This document shows positions 10,044 through 20,087 of a DNA stretch of 64,000 bases, one piece after another. The DNA lies in NCBI GenBank assembly GCA_047404195.1, contig JBDOIU010000005.1, positions 1,795 through 65,794 on the forward strand, written 5' to 3'. The DNA comes from Coxiellaceae bacterium. GTDB lineage: Bacteria; Pseudomonadota; Gammaproteobacteria; JAJRRL01. The notes beneath the pieces were generated by a model. It ran no database searches and had not been told where the DNA came from. It saw only the letters and a program-made list of their open reading frames with translations. How positions within the stretch are numbered: position 1 is the stretch's first letter; the number at the start of each line of letters is the position of its first letter. The position numbers and the translations under genes are program-made.

Positions 10044-11732
10044 TTAGATGTTAATGCTGTCAAAAAGTTGGCGTCTAGTGTTGTTTACCTCAGGTCTTTT
10101 TCCCCGTGTGCGGTTGAGTAGCTTTTTTAGATGGGATTCTGCTGTTGGTAAAAGTCTGGAGGTATAGGCCTTGTTGCCACAGATTAGGCCACAATCTTCA
10201 GCTTGATCGCGCAGCTCAAAGAGGCGAACTTTATTTTCATGAAATTTATGCCACATTCTGCGGTCGTTACTATGATCTTTAAAGAATTGTGCTATAGCTT
10301 TTGCGACTTCTTCTTGCTTTGGTGTTGCATTAGGATTGTGTTTTCGGTATTCCTTCCTCATACCTTTCCATGGTGAGCGGTTTGTTGACGTTCTGAATAA
10401 CCGTCGTGCCACATTTGCGGTGATGGGTGTGCGAGGGCTTGGGGTTGTGGCTGAGAGCTTTTCATGTTGGTTAGGTGTTATAGCAGCTGCAGGTTGGTTT
10501 GATGCTATAGTTGCCGCAGTCTGAGCTTGCATCTTGCCTGCGTTGGCCCCTAAGTTTTTTTGCATGAGAGCAATGTTGGTCTCTACGTTTTGTTGGCTAT
10601 GTGTTGCAGTGCCATCAGTTGTGGTTTTTGGTGTGGGCGGAGTCGCGATTGAGGGTCTGGGACTTGCTGAGTTGGTATGTGTTGTCATTTCCCCAGGTTG
10701 GGCAGATGCTACAGCAGCTGCGAGTTGAATTGGTGCTGTAGGCATCTGAGTAGGAGCTTGCGCCTTGACTGCGCTGCCTTGCTCTACTCTATCATTTGGT
10801 TGTTTAGTCCGCATGGGTTCTTCTGCTTGCAAATTTTTCAGGTATTGTTGGTAAGAGCGTGTATGGGTGTTATGCCAGAGCCAGCGAACGCCAGTGTTCC
10901 CTTTATTTGTTAAACTGATAGCGCCTGTTATCAGTAATTGTATTAGCCCGACAAGTAGGAGGGGTGGTAACAAAACACTGGCAATAACAGCGAGTGCAAT
11001 GTGCCCAGTATGTCGGTGTTTTTTGAGTGTTTTTATGTCATTCGGTGTTAATGTTGTGACTTTTGTAAGTATGTTATGTTTCTCAGTTACCTGGCTTGCC
11101 TGTGATGGTGATGCGAGCTGCATTTGCTTGAGTAGATAGCTGATTTGTGCTTCGTTAATTTCATCTTTTGTTTCTGAGGTATTTAACGTGGTAGGAAGAG
11201 TGCCTCTTAAATTTTCTATGTAACTGCTAGCTGGATTAGCTCCACGCGTTGTGGCGTGGATATATTCGAGCTCAGCATTGTCAGCTTGTTGTGCGGCTTG
11301 TTGTTTAATCCAAGCGTGGTCATCGATTAAATACACCTTGTCACAACCTAAAAAGTCTGCTTGTGCTTGTGCCATAGTGGCCTTACTACGAACAGGGATC
11401 AAACTTGCAACAATGATTTTTTTCGATATTCCAGCTTCATCTTTATTTAATTGCTGTGCAAGAAAGCCTGTTACTTGAGATTTACTTTTAGGGCCTGCAG
11501 TAATAATGCTGAGGCAGGCATTTGGGTTGTCAATGATGTTATTTAGGAGGGCTTGCATTTTATTTTGATAGACTGCTCGCGGTTTGTTGCCCCAGAGTTT
11601 TGCAACGGGTGATGCAATGCCTTTATTCTCGCGCGCCGTACTATCCATTACATCACAACCTAGCATGCTTTTGTTCCATGAGTTAACTGCAATAGTATGA
11701 TCCCAGTCGAAAGCGTATAATGTTTTTGTCAT
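10044..11732 (-). CDS. Membrane protein with an N-terminal HAD-like phosphatase domain and a Pro/Thr/Ala/Gln-rich low-complexity region (effector-like)
   Basis: HAD motif I LYAFDWDHTIA (DxDxT), motif II SIITAG and motif IV YLIDDHAW in the first ~170 aa. A central TM segment (HIALAVIASVLLPPLLLVGLIQLLITGAISL) is followed by a long low-complexity stretch. Confidence 0.55.
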   Translation of the reverse strand: MTKTLYAFDWDHTIAVNSWNKSMLGCDVMDSTARENKGIASPVAKLWGNKPRAVYQNKMQALLNNIIDNPNACLSIITAGPKSKSQVTGFLAQQLNKDEAGISKKIIVASLIPVRSKATMAQAQADFLGCDKVYLIDDHAWIKQQAAQQADNAELEYIHATTRGANPASSYIENLRGTLPTTLNTSETKDEINEAQISYLLKQMQLASPSQASQVTEKHNILTKVTTLTPNDIKTLKKHRHTGHIALAVIASVLLPPLLLVGLIQLLITGAISLTNKGNTGVRWLWHNTHTRSYQQYLKNLQAEEPMRTKQPNDRVEQGSAVKAQAPTQMPTAPIQLAAAVASAQPGEMTTHTNSASPRPSIATPPTPKTTTDGTATHSQQNVETNIALMQKNLGANAGKMQAQTAATIASNQPAAAITPNQHEKLSATTPSPRTPITANVARRLFRTSTNRSPWKGMRKEYRKHNPNATPKQEEVAKAIAQFFKDHSNDRRMWHKFHENKVRLFELRDQAEDCGLICGNKAYTSRLLPTAESHLKKLLNRTRGKRPEVNNTRRQLFDSINI

Positions 11733-11757
11733 GATAATACCCTGAAATATAATGGTT

Positions 11758-12960
11758 TTAATTAGTTTTTATGAATCTGTGCTGTAACCAGCTTAATACA
11801 ATTCCAACGGTAACCGCATAAGCTAAATTTGTCAAGGTAGTTGTTGCCATGACGCTAATCACAATCAGGCCATCGAAAAATGGCTTCTCCTGTAAGTAAC
11901 GCCATGTCTGCCAATCAAATGTTTTGTAGCATACAATCAGCATTACACCCACCAGCGCTGCCAGTGGAACCTGTGTGATTGCATGCCAGCCAATGAGCAT
12001 AAAGAGCAGCAGACCAATACCTGCCACGATACCGGATAGCCGAGCTTTAGCACCAGCGCTGATATTTATCATGCTTTGCCCGATCATGGCGCAGCCACCC
12101 ATGGTGCCAAAGCAACCTGAAATGGTATTTGCAATACCTTGTGCAACGCACTCGCGACGGGCTTCTCCGGTTGTGTTGGTCATGTTGTTAATAATAGATT
12201 GTGTGATCAGTGTTTCAGATAACGCAACAATAGCCAACATGACGGCGTATGGTAGAATGATGCTGGCACCTTGCAGCCAGACATGATGTGCTGGGATTTG
12301 CCAATGCGGCAGCGCAATGTGATGCAGATTGTGGGCCCCCGCCATTTGCCCAACAGTCAGTGTGTGTAGGTTTAAGGCAAGCATAATGGCGGTGGTGATA
12401 GCGATCCCTGTGAGTGCAGCTGGTATTTTTCGGTGTAGGTGACTACAGAGGCAATAAAAAATAATGGTGCAGCTGACCAGCGCCAGCATGACAAGGAGCA
12501 CATGGCCATGCATCCAATGACTGTGACCATGATAGGTTATTTTGAATGTGTGTATTTGTGCCATTAGGATGATAATGGCTAGGCCATTAGAAAAACCCAG
12601 CATCAAAGGTTTGCTAAAGAGTTTTCTGGCTTTATCAATGCGACAATACCCCAGAACAATTTGCATCAAACCGCTGACAATCACCGTTGCAAAAACATAT
12701 TGCGTGCCATATTGCATGACTTGTGCGGCTAGGATAACAGCGGTAGAGCCCGTTGCACCAGAAATCATACCAGGTCGACCACCAATGAGGGCGGTGATGA
12801 GGCACATGAAAAACGCCGCAAACAGGCCTACAAATGGAGCCAGGTGCGCAAACAGTGCAAATGCGATGGCTTCAGGAATCAGGGCCAGCGCGACTGTGAT
12901 GCCTGAAATCACTTCATAGTACGCGCCACCCGTCTCTAAAAAATATCGTTTTAACATCAG
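11758..12960 (-). CDS. SulP-family anion permease that lacks the usual C-terminal STAS domain (possibly truncated)
   Basis: SulP signature GITVALALIPEAIAFALFA and a polytopic membrane domain of ~400 aa. The frame ends with no STAS-like sequence. Confidence 0.6.
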   Translation of the reverse strand: MMLKRYFLETGGAYYEVISGITVALALIPEAIAFALFAHLAPFVGLFAAFFMCLITALIGGRPGMISGATGSTAVILAAQVMQYGTQYVFATVIVSGLMQIVLGYCRIDKARKLFSKPLMLGFSNGLAIIILMAQIHTFKITYHGHSHWMHGHVLLVMLALVSCTIIFYCLCSHLHRKIPAALTGIAITTAIMLALNLHTLTVGQMAGAHNLHHIALPHWQIPAHHVWLQGASIILPYAVMLAIVALSETLITQSIINNMTNTTGEARRECVAQGIANTISGCFGTMGGCAMIGQSMINISAGAKARLSGIVAGIGLLLFMLIGWHAITQVPLAALVGVMLIVCYKTFDWQTWRYLQEKPFFDGLIVISVMATTTLTNLAYAVTVGIVLSWLQHRFIKTN

Positions 12961-13275
12961 TTTAACCAATTGTTGCTTGAATATTAGTAAAAGCATGTTA
13001 CAGTTTTTGGCGCCGATTGTCCAGCATACAGCCACTTTTTTTGGATGCTGAGCTTCGTCATAACATCCTGCGTGGTTTGTGCTCAGCAAGATTGAGTCAT
13101 AAGTGCTATTATTATTAATAATGTCAACACTGTTTATGTGTAGGGGGGCATGCCGCAGTCTTATGATGCTGAAGTGTCAGAAGCTAGAGTTAAGTTTGAT
13201 CAGCAAGTAAAGGATATTCAGCAAAAGCTAGTGGAACTGCAAACGTAATTAAGCCCTGCTGCGTCGAGTGCTGAA

Positions 13276-14214
13276 GTGCAGCTTGATGGGGCTAAAATTA
13301 TCAAGGAATTAAGTGTGCTCTCGGAGAAGTGTGAGGAGATTAATTTCCGCGATGTACAAAAACACATAGTCAATGCAATAAAAAATATCCATAGTGATAA
13401 GCCCGGGAGTGATATATGCGATAAACTCATATCAGCAACTAATGAAACCAAAAATAATCGCCTCGTGAATCTTGCCTGGTATAATTATAAGCCAAACCCT
13501 TCTGTGCAAGCTAAAAGACCTGGGGTTATAAATAAATCCAAGAAAGATGTGACACTCAGTCCAGAGGAAAAGAAGCTTCAAGGGTATGCGCTGGCTAAAA
13601 TAGCTGGTGCTGATCTTCTGTCGAAATTGGAAATTGACCATGTTATCGGCACTAACAACGGGGATGCTCTTGATCGGTTGGTCGAACACCTTAAACAAGC
13701 TGATGTAACTTGTAATTATTCTGCGGAGTTGAAAGCTCCCACCAAAATCGTGGTTTCTCAAGACCTTATGTCAAAGCTCCATGAGGGTTGGATAAGTGCT
13801 CAGCCTCAGCAGTTAAGGGACATAGCAGGGGTAAATGATAACAGCTGCTATGGCGATGATTCAAAGATACGTAACGCTCGAACTGTTATAAAAAAACTGT
13901 TGCGTGTAGCGAGTAAAACTACCAATGTAGATGATAAACAGAGCATTGCAAAAGTCGCTTTGCAGGAATATATTGCGGTAACAAAAAAAAGGGTTAAATA
14001 TGGTAAGATATCGGACTTCGGGAAGTTTAACGCTCAGCAGAAGTTGGATGCTGCAGAAAATTGCTTAAAGCAGCTAGATGGCAATCACACTGTTCAGTTA
14101 AGTGCTGAGGACGAGAGGGCGCTAAGTGATGGCCTGCTCAAAAAGATTGTCGACACCATCAATGATGCGAAACCAGAGCAGGCTGCAAGTCATGCAGCTG
14201 GTATGGGCAGATAG
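13276..14214 (+). CDS. Hypothetical protein (orphan, hydrophilic)
   Basis: 312-aa ORF with a GTG start as annotated and a normal composition. I recognise no domain. A 32-codon ORF lies just upstream (13151..13249). Confidence 0.4.
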   Translation: MQLDGAKIIKELSVLSEKCEEINFRDVQKHIVNAIKNIHSDKPGSDICDKLISATNETKNNRLVNLAWYNYKPNPSVQAKRPGVINKSKKDVTLSPEEKKLQGYALAKIAGADLLSKLEIDHVIGTNNGDALDRLVEHLKQADVTCNYSAELKAPTKIVVSQDLMSKLHEGWISAQPQQLRDIAGVNDNSCYGDDSKIRNARTVIKKLLRVASKTTNVDDKQSIAKVALQEYIAVTKKRVKYGKISDFGKFNAQQKLDAAENCLKQLDGNHTVQLSAEDERALSDGLLKKIVDTINDAKPEQAASHAAGMGR

Positions 14215-14237
14215 CTCATCATAAAACTGCGTTTGTG

Positions 14238-15803
14238 TTAGGCTGAATGAGCGGTTTTCTTTTTCGTACGCTTATGCTTGAAAGTGCTGTCATTGCTGCG
14301 ACGTTTTTTTCTTTCTTTCATGCCACCATAAGCACCTCGATCTTTGCTGTCACGCTCATTTCTACCGCCACGCTCATTTCTGCCGCGTGATGAGCGTTGA
14401 CGGCCAGGGCGCTGGCGTCTTCTGCTGTTGTCACTATCATTGGCTGTAGTGACCTCTGGCATGGGGGTGTTACGCATCATAATGTAACTGAGGGCACTGG
14501 CTACCTGTTCAGCTGTGAGGCCTTCTTCATCAAGTAGCTCGCTAACGAGTGCTTGGTGATTATGAAGTCCCCTGTCTTTCTTGATGATATTCAGTATGTC
14601 TGTTTTCAGTGATTGATTGCGTTTGGCAAGCATGGCCTTGCGTGTAGGTGGTTCACACTCAGTGATGGTTGCTTTAGTGTGTTTGAGAATGTCACTAAAT
14701 CCCCGTTGTTCACGCGGTGTCATCAGCAATAGCGCTTTACCACTGCGTCCGGCACGGCCTGTGCGCCCGATGCGGTGAATGTATGTTTCTGGATCTTGTG
14801 GGATATCATAGTTAACAACGTGACTGACACGTTCAACATCAATTCCGCGCGCTGCCACATCGGTTGCAACAAGCGTTGTGAGATGTCCTTCTTTGAAACG
14901 GTTAATGACCTTTTCACGCATGGTTTGGCTCATGTCACCGTTCAGAGCTGCTGCCAGGTGGCCGCGCGCTTGTAGTTTCTCAGCCAGTTCTGCACTGGTG
15001 CTTTTTGTGCGGGTAAATATCACACAAGCAACGCAATCTTCAAGTGTGAAATAACCGCATAAAGCATCAAGTTTGTGCTTGTTGTGGATGCGCATCACAC
15101 TCTGTTCAATATTAGCAACTTTATTTTCAGATGCTTTGATTAGTATTGTGCGTGCATTGGGTATGTAGCGTTTGGCAATTTTCTGTATGGCGTTTGGCAT
15201 CGTTGCTGAAAACAATGCGCTTTGACGCTCTTCAGGCAGTTGGTCTAAAATCCATTCGATGTCTTCAATAAAGCCCATTTTAAGCATTTCATCGGCTTCA
15301 TCCAGCACAACGTTACGAATATGACTGATATCAAACTTTTTACGCTGCATGTGGTCAATCAGTCGCCCAGGTGTTCCCACGATGATTTGTGGGCCGCGAG
15401 CCAGCGCACTATTCTGGATGCGGTAGTCTTGTCCACCGTAAATTGTCACTGCGCGAAATCCTGGTATGTTTTCACCAAATGCCTTGATTGCATCGGTAAC
15501 CTGAATAGCCAGTTCGCGTGTTGGTGCCAAAATCAATGCTTGTGCTTTTTTGCTTTTAAAGTCTAATTGACTGAGTAGCGGTAGTGCAAATGCGGCTGTT
15601 TTACCGCTGCCCGTTTGAGCTTGTGCAATCAAGTTATCACCGTCAAGCAGCATCGGGATACTTTGTGCTTGGATTTTGGTGGGCTTTTCAAAACCCATTT
15701 TGTCTAATGTTGATAGTAAAGCTTTTGGCAAACCCAGTGAGTAAAAGCTTTGTTTGTTGTTATTTTTAGGGTTAGTGTCGAGTGTTTGGGCAGTGTCAGT
15801 CAT
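14238..15803 (-). CDS. DEAD-box ATP-dependent RNA helicase with an Arg/Gly/Ser-rich C-terminal tail
   Basis: Q-motif, Walker A AQTGSGKT, VLDEADEML (DEAD), SAT, HRIGRTGRAG and a basic RGG-like tail. Confidence 0.9.
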   Translation of the reverse strand: MTDTAQTLDTNPKNNNKQSFYSLGLPKALLSTLDKMGFEKPTKIQAQSIPMLLDGDNLIAQAQTGSGKTAAFALPLLSQLDFKSKKAQALILAPTRELAIQVTDAIKAFGENIPGFRAVTIYGGQDYRIQNSALARGPQIIVGTPGRLIDHMQRKKFDISHIRNVVLDEADEMLKMGFIEDIEWILDQLPEERQSALFSATMPNAIQKIAKRYIPNARTILIKASENKVANIEQSVMRIHNKHKLDALCGYFTLEDCVACVIFTRTKSTSAELAEKLQARGHLAAALNGDMSQTMREKVINRFKEGHLTTLVATDVAARGIDVERVSHVVNYDIPQDPETYIHRIGRTGRAGRSGKALLLMTPREQRGFSDILKHTKATITECEPPTRKAMLAKRNQSLKTDILNIIKKDRGLHNHQALVSELLDEEGLTAEQVASALSYIMMRNTPMPEVTTANDSDNSRRRQRPGRQRSSRGRNERGGRNERDSKDRGAYGGMKERKKRRSNDSTFKHKRTKKKTAHSA

Positions 15804-16051
15804 GGTGTCTCCATTAGTGCCCTAATTGACGCGTTGAGGCCAGAGGTCGGTCTCAATAATGTGGCAGAAAGAAAGCGTAGGATGCTGCGTGCTGCGATGT
15901 GTCGTATAAGGCTGTTGTTCAAAAATAGACTATTGGTTATAACATGAGCATTTCGAAACTACAAGCAATAATTTGCTCAAAAGCGAATAAATGTCACTAA
16001 TTGAGCCATTAGGCTATAACCACATGATTATATTGAGTTTATTTGTGCGCG

Positions 16052-16234
16052 TTAGGCCCAAATATCATCGTCTTCTTGTGTTGGTGCTGCCTGGATCTGG
16101 TCACGTTGTTGAAATATCTGGTTATATTTTTCACGCTGACGGGCTTGGGCAGCTGAGTCGGGTGTGTTTTTGTTGAATTCACGTAGTGCTTTGTCGGCAT
16201 CACTGACGTGATTTTGATCAATTGATTTTCGCAT
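16052..16234 (-). CDS. Small hydrophilic hypothetical protein
   Basis: 60-aa ORF in the 540-bp gap between the helicase and the large flavoprotein gene. No supporting signal beyond the ORF and its position. Confidence 0.2.
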   Translation of the reverse strand: MRKSIDQNHVSDADKALREFNKNTPDSAAQARQREKYNQIFQQRDQIQAAPTQEDDDIWA

Positions 16235-16346
16235 ATTGTCCTCACTGGGCTGGTTTTGGCTTGCGGTGCCGCGACTGTTTGGTTATATTTAAGACGACCA
16301 TTGGCGCAGATACGCATCATTGTGCAGCAACTGGAATCACCATAAC

Positions 16347-19300
16347 ATGACTGACACCTTAAATTCAATTGCAGGCGTTGCATACGCTGATACCCGCCTT
16401 GCATCTGGCCTTGCTATATTGGATGCGGCCTTTCATACGTTTTTATCACTTGAGTGTCCCGAGGCTCTATCAACCATGCAGGCCATGCGCTCCGAAGGTG
16501 ATTGGTCACGGCCGCGTCACAGTGAGTTCATCATGCAATGTGCGCCACTGTTGGGTCGCTTTATAGAGCAAGCTTTTTCTCTTGAGGCTCACTGTGCTGA
16601 TTTACAGCAAGCACACCAGCGTTGCTTGCAGGTGATGCAGTTTAAAAAACAATATATGCTGCGTGTGATCAAGCCACGTTGTGCGCGTACCGAGCCGATT
16701 AATTTTAGCAGTGCCAGCGATGCCCTGGCAGACTATGTGAATTTGCAAACCCAAGACTGGCAAGCTGAATTAGCAAGCTGGGCTTTACCGTTACTTGATG
16801 ATAAAGAGCAGTATCAAACTGAGCTGACTTGCTTGCAAGACTGGTGTATCGCTGCTGCTTTGACACGAGCAGGTCAGGCATGGGTGGGGGAGGCTATTTT
16901 ATTCGATTGGCCAGAGCGTCTTGATTTACAGTCTTTTGTGTTTGCCGATGTATTAGCAGATGGGGTGCAAGGACAACCAGCATCTGCTTGCGAGTCACGG
17001 TCTGATTTTAATTGTCAGGATGCGGGATTGACTTTATCGAAGCAACAATCCCAAGCGCATTACTGTATTTACTGTCATGAAAAGTCTGGCGACTATTGCG
17101 CAACTGGTTTCCCAGTGAAAAAACACTCCCCAGAGTCTGGTTATAGACACCACGCTGCGGGTGAGTTGATGTTGGGTTGCCCGTTAGAAGAGCATGTGTC
17201 AGAAATGCATGCCTTGTATGCCAGTGGTTTAAGCATTGCTGCATTGGCAGCTGTGATGGTGAATAATCCGATGTGCGCAATGACAGGGCATCGTATTTGT
17301 AACGATTGCATGAAGTCGTGTATTTATCAGAAGCAATCCCCCGTCAATACACCAGGTGTTGAAACCGGCGTTTTAAAAACGGTGTTGGCGCTACCCTGGG
17401 GTGTTGAAATTGTGGATTTGCTGATGCGTTGGAATCCGCTACGGCAACACGAGTGGGTACTACAGGAAAGCAATGGTCGACAGGTTGCAGTGATGGGATT
17501 AGGGCCAGCAGGATTGGCGATGACGCATCATTTACTGATGCGCGGTTGTTCTGTGGTGGGTTTTGATGGTGCTTCGATTCAGGCGTTACCCGCATCAATG
17601 TGGCAGCAGCCGATTCGGGATATCACGACATTGCAAGCGCCACTATCGGAGCGGCCTATGCGGGGTCTCGGTGGCGTGGCTGAGTATGGTATTACTGTGC
17701 GTTGGGATAAAAATTTTCTCACGTTGATGCAGGCGTTATTTGCACGACGCCCACATTGCGCATTTGTTGGATCAGTGCGCTTTGGTGGAACATTGCGTAT
17801 TCAGGATTTTTGGCCGCTGGGCTTTGACCATTTATGCTTATCTGTTGGCGCGGGCTTACCGCATGCCTTGTCATTGCCAAATGCATATGCTGTGGGTATG
17901 CGTCAAGCCAGTGATTTTCTAATGATGCTTCATCTCGCTGGCACTGGGCGTGATCAGGCATTGTCTCAATTCAGCATGCGCTTGCCGGTGGTGGTCATTG
18001 GCGGTGGTTTAACTGCCGTTGATACAGCAACAGAAGCACAAACTTACTATCTTCAATTGATTGAGCAAGTTTGGTCTCGCTATCAGGCATGTTTACGGCG
18101 TATGTCACTCAGTGAATGTCGATCACACTGGTCTGAAGCACAACTTGAAGTGCTGGATGAGTGGCTACAACATGCAGAACTTTATCGTTCTGCCAAGCAT
18201 ACAGCAGCAAAAGCTGGTGAAGCGTTTTGTAGTACTGCTTTTTGTCGACGTTTTGGTGGTGTGACACTCATCTACCGTCGTTCTATGCAATCATCGCCTG
18301 CTTATCGCTGCAATCACGATGAGTTACAGCATGCGTTGAATGCCGGTATACTATATCGCGAGTCTTGTGCGCCTAAGTCAATACAGTTAGACGCGCATGA
18401 TCGTGTGGCCGGCTTGAGTGTTGTGTTGACTGCGACGAATGCCGAGGGGCAATTGGTAGAGTCTGGTGAGACGTTTGTATTGCCAGCCAAGACAGTGTTG
18501 AATGCCACAGGCTCACGTCCCAATGTGGCTTATGAATACGAGCATCAAGGCAGTATCGCGAAGCGCCAAAAACGCTATGTGCCACATCATCTGCAAAATG
18601 GTGAAATGATTGCTGATGAAAGTAGTGGTCACTTCAAGGATCAATCGATAGGTATGCTAGCAAATGCGGGTGATGGCCAGCGCCATGTCAGTATGATTGG
18701 TGATTTGCATCCACGATTCCATGGCACGGTTGTGAAGGCGATTGCTTCTGCACAGTATGCAGCGCCACAAATCATGGCATCACTGCAGCACTTGCCAATA
18801 CAGTCGAGCAGCGCTTTAGATGCACAGCTGCAGGCGTGTGTTGAAGACTGTCGTGTGACTGTATTGTCCCTGACACAGATAGAGCCTGGACGCTATTGTT
18901 TGTTATTACGAGCACCTTTGGCTGCGCGTCGACACTGTGCAGGACAGTTTTATAGGGTTAAGCGGCAGTCACAGCGAGACGCACATGCTGAAGGTGTGGC
19001 TTTGATTGCTGCGCAACATGACCAGACGACACTCAGTTTCATTGTGACACCAGATACAGTCAGCCATCAGCACTTACTACAGGCAAAAGTCGGTGAAGAC
19101 ATTGATCTCATGGGGCCAACAGGTGCATGGTCACCGTTACCGAGTAATCCTCAGACAGTGTTGGTTATTGGTGATAAACTCGCGTTGCCGTATTGTCGCT
19201 CAGTTGCATCACATTGGCAGGCGAATGGTCATACGGTATGCTGGCTGATGCTGACCCACGCAGCAGAGACACCTATTGATACGCAATGGATCCCAGAAGG

Positions 19301-19757
19301 CATCGCTATTTGGCAGGTGCCGATAACACATACATCGGGACCACAGTTACAAGCTGAAATCGCCGCAGGCTTACTGCAATGTTGTGTTGGTGAGCAACCG
19401 TTGCCGATTCAGGCGCTGACAGCCGTACATGTGATTGCAAACCATGATATTTTACGCGCAGTACGCATTGCGAGGCAGCAGGACTGGCAAGGCCATATTC
19501 CCAGTGAAGCACAATGGGTGGGGGCGGTATATGGCCCGATGCAATGTATGTTAAAAGGTATATGTGCGCAATGCTTACAGTGGCAAATTGATCCAGCTAC
19601 CGGTGAGCGTAAAAAAACAGTCTACGCCTGTTCATGGCAGCATCAGCCAATGCAGTTAATTGATATTGAGCACTTGGCAACGCGTCAAGCGCAGGATGCC
19701 ACGCTGGAGCGATTAACCAAGCTGTGGTATGATACAACCAATCAGTGTGAGCACTGA
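16347..19757 (+). CDS. Large multidomain flavoprotein: an unknown N-terminal domain, a GltD/NfnB-like Fe-S/FAD/NAD(P)H oxidoreductase module, and a PyrK/NfnA-like FAD/[2Fe-2S] C-terminal module
   Basis: Cys clusters CIYCHEKSGDYC, GCPL and RICNDCMKSC, then the Rossmann motif VAVMGLGPAGLAMTHHLL. The C-terminus has a ferredoxin-reductase-like region (GQFYRVK..., ...DLMGPTGAW) and a terminal Cys motif CAQC...C. The start could be TTG 16320 or ATG 16347. Confidence 0.7.
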   Translation: MTDTLNSIAGVAYADTRLASGLAILDAAFHTFLSLECPEALSTMQAMRSEGDWSRPRHSEFIMQCAPLLGRFIEQAFSLEAHCADLQQAHQRCLQVMQFKKQYMLRVIKPRCARTEPINFSSASDALADYVNLQTQDWQAELASWALPLLDDKEQYQTELTCLQDWCIAAALTRAGQAWVGEAILFDWPERLDLQSFVFADVLADGVQGQPASACESRSDFNCQDAGLTLSKQQSQAHYCIYCHEKSGDYCATGFPVKKHSPESGYRHHAAGELMLGCPLEEHVSEMHALYASGLSIAALAAVMVNNPMCAMTGHRICNDCMKSCIYQKQSPVNTPGVETGVLKTVLALPWGVEIVDLLMRWNPLRQHEWVLQESNGRQVAVMGLGPAGLAMTHHLLMRGCSVVGFDGASIQALPASMWQQPIRDITTLQAPLSERPMRGLGGVAEYGITVRWDKNFLTLMQALFARRPHCAFVGSVRFGGTLRIQDFWPLGFDHLCLSVGAGLPHALSLPNAYAVGMRQASDFLMMLHLAGTGRDQALSQFSMRLPVVVIGGGLTAVDTATEAQTYYLQLIEQVWSRYQACLRRMSLSECRSHWSEAQLEVLDEWLQHAELYRSAKHTAAKAGEAFCSTAFCRRFGGVTLIYRRSMQSSPAYRCNHDELQHALNAGILYRESCAPKSIQLDAHDRVAGLSVVLTATNAEGQLVESGETFVLPAKTVLNATGSRPNVAYEYEHQGSIAKRQKRYVPHHLQNGEMIADESSGHFKDQSIGMLANAGDGQRHVSMIGDLHPRFHGTVVKAIASAQYAAPQIMASLQHLPIQSSSALDAQLQACVEDCRVTVLSLTQIEPGRYCLLLRAPLAARRHCAGQFYRVKRQSQRDAHAEGVALIAAQHDQTTLSFIVTPDTVSHQHLLQAKVGEDIDLMGPTGAWSPLPSNPQTVLVIGDKLALPYCRSVASHWQANGHTVCWLMLTHAAETPIDTQWIPEGIAIWQVPITHTSGPQLQAEIAAGLLQCCVGEQPLPIQALTAVHVIANHDILRAVRIARQQDWQGHIPSEAQWVGAVYGPMQCMLKGICAQCLQWQIDPATGERKKTVYACSWQHQPMQLIDIEHLATRQAQDATLERLTKLWYDTTNQCEH

Positions 19758-19778
19758 ACTGACACCTAGGAGGCTTTC

Positions 19779-20087
19779 ATGTATGAAAACATTGATTATG
19801 ACCAATTACAGGCGATTATTGCCAGTGATGATCCATTACTAGCAGATGTGCGCGATCATGATAGCTATGAAGCAGGACATATTCCTGGGGCAATGCATTT
19901 ATCGATTGATGCTTTGGCAAAATTTTGTGAAAAAGCCGAGCCAAATAAAGTGACTGTTGTTTATTGTTACCATGGTGTGAGTAGTCAATCAGTGGCGTCT
20001 TATCTTGTTGCGCAAGGTTTTACGTCTGTTTATAGCCTGTCAGGCGGTTATCATGCATGGGTGGATGCCTCGCAAGGAGCACAATGA
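19779..20087 (+). CDS. glpE: Single-domain rhodanese (GlpE-like thiosulfate sulfurtransferase)
   Basis: 102 aa. The active-site loop VVYCYHGVSSQSVASYL...SGGYHAW closely matches GlpE (CYHGNSS...DGGFEAW). Confidence 0.8.
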   Translation: MYENIDYDQLQAIIASDDPLLADVRDHDSYEAGHIPGAMHLSIDALAKFCEKAEPNKVTVVYCYHGVSSQSVASYLVAQGFTSVYSLSGGYHAWVDASQGAQ

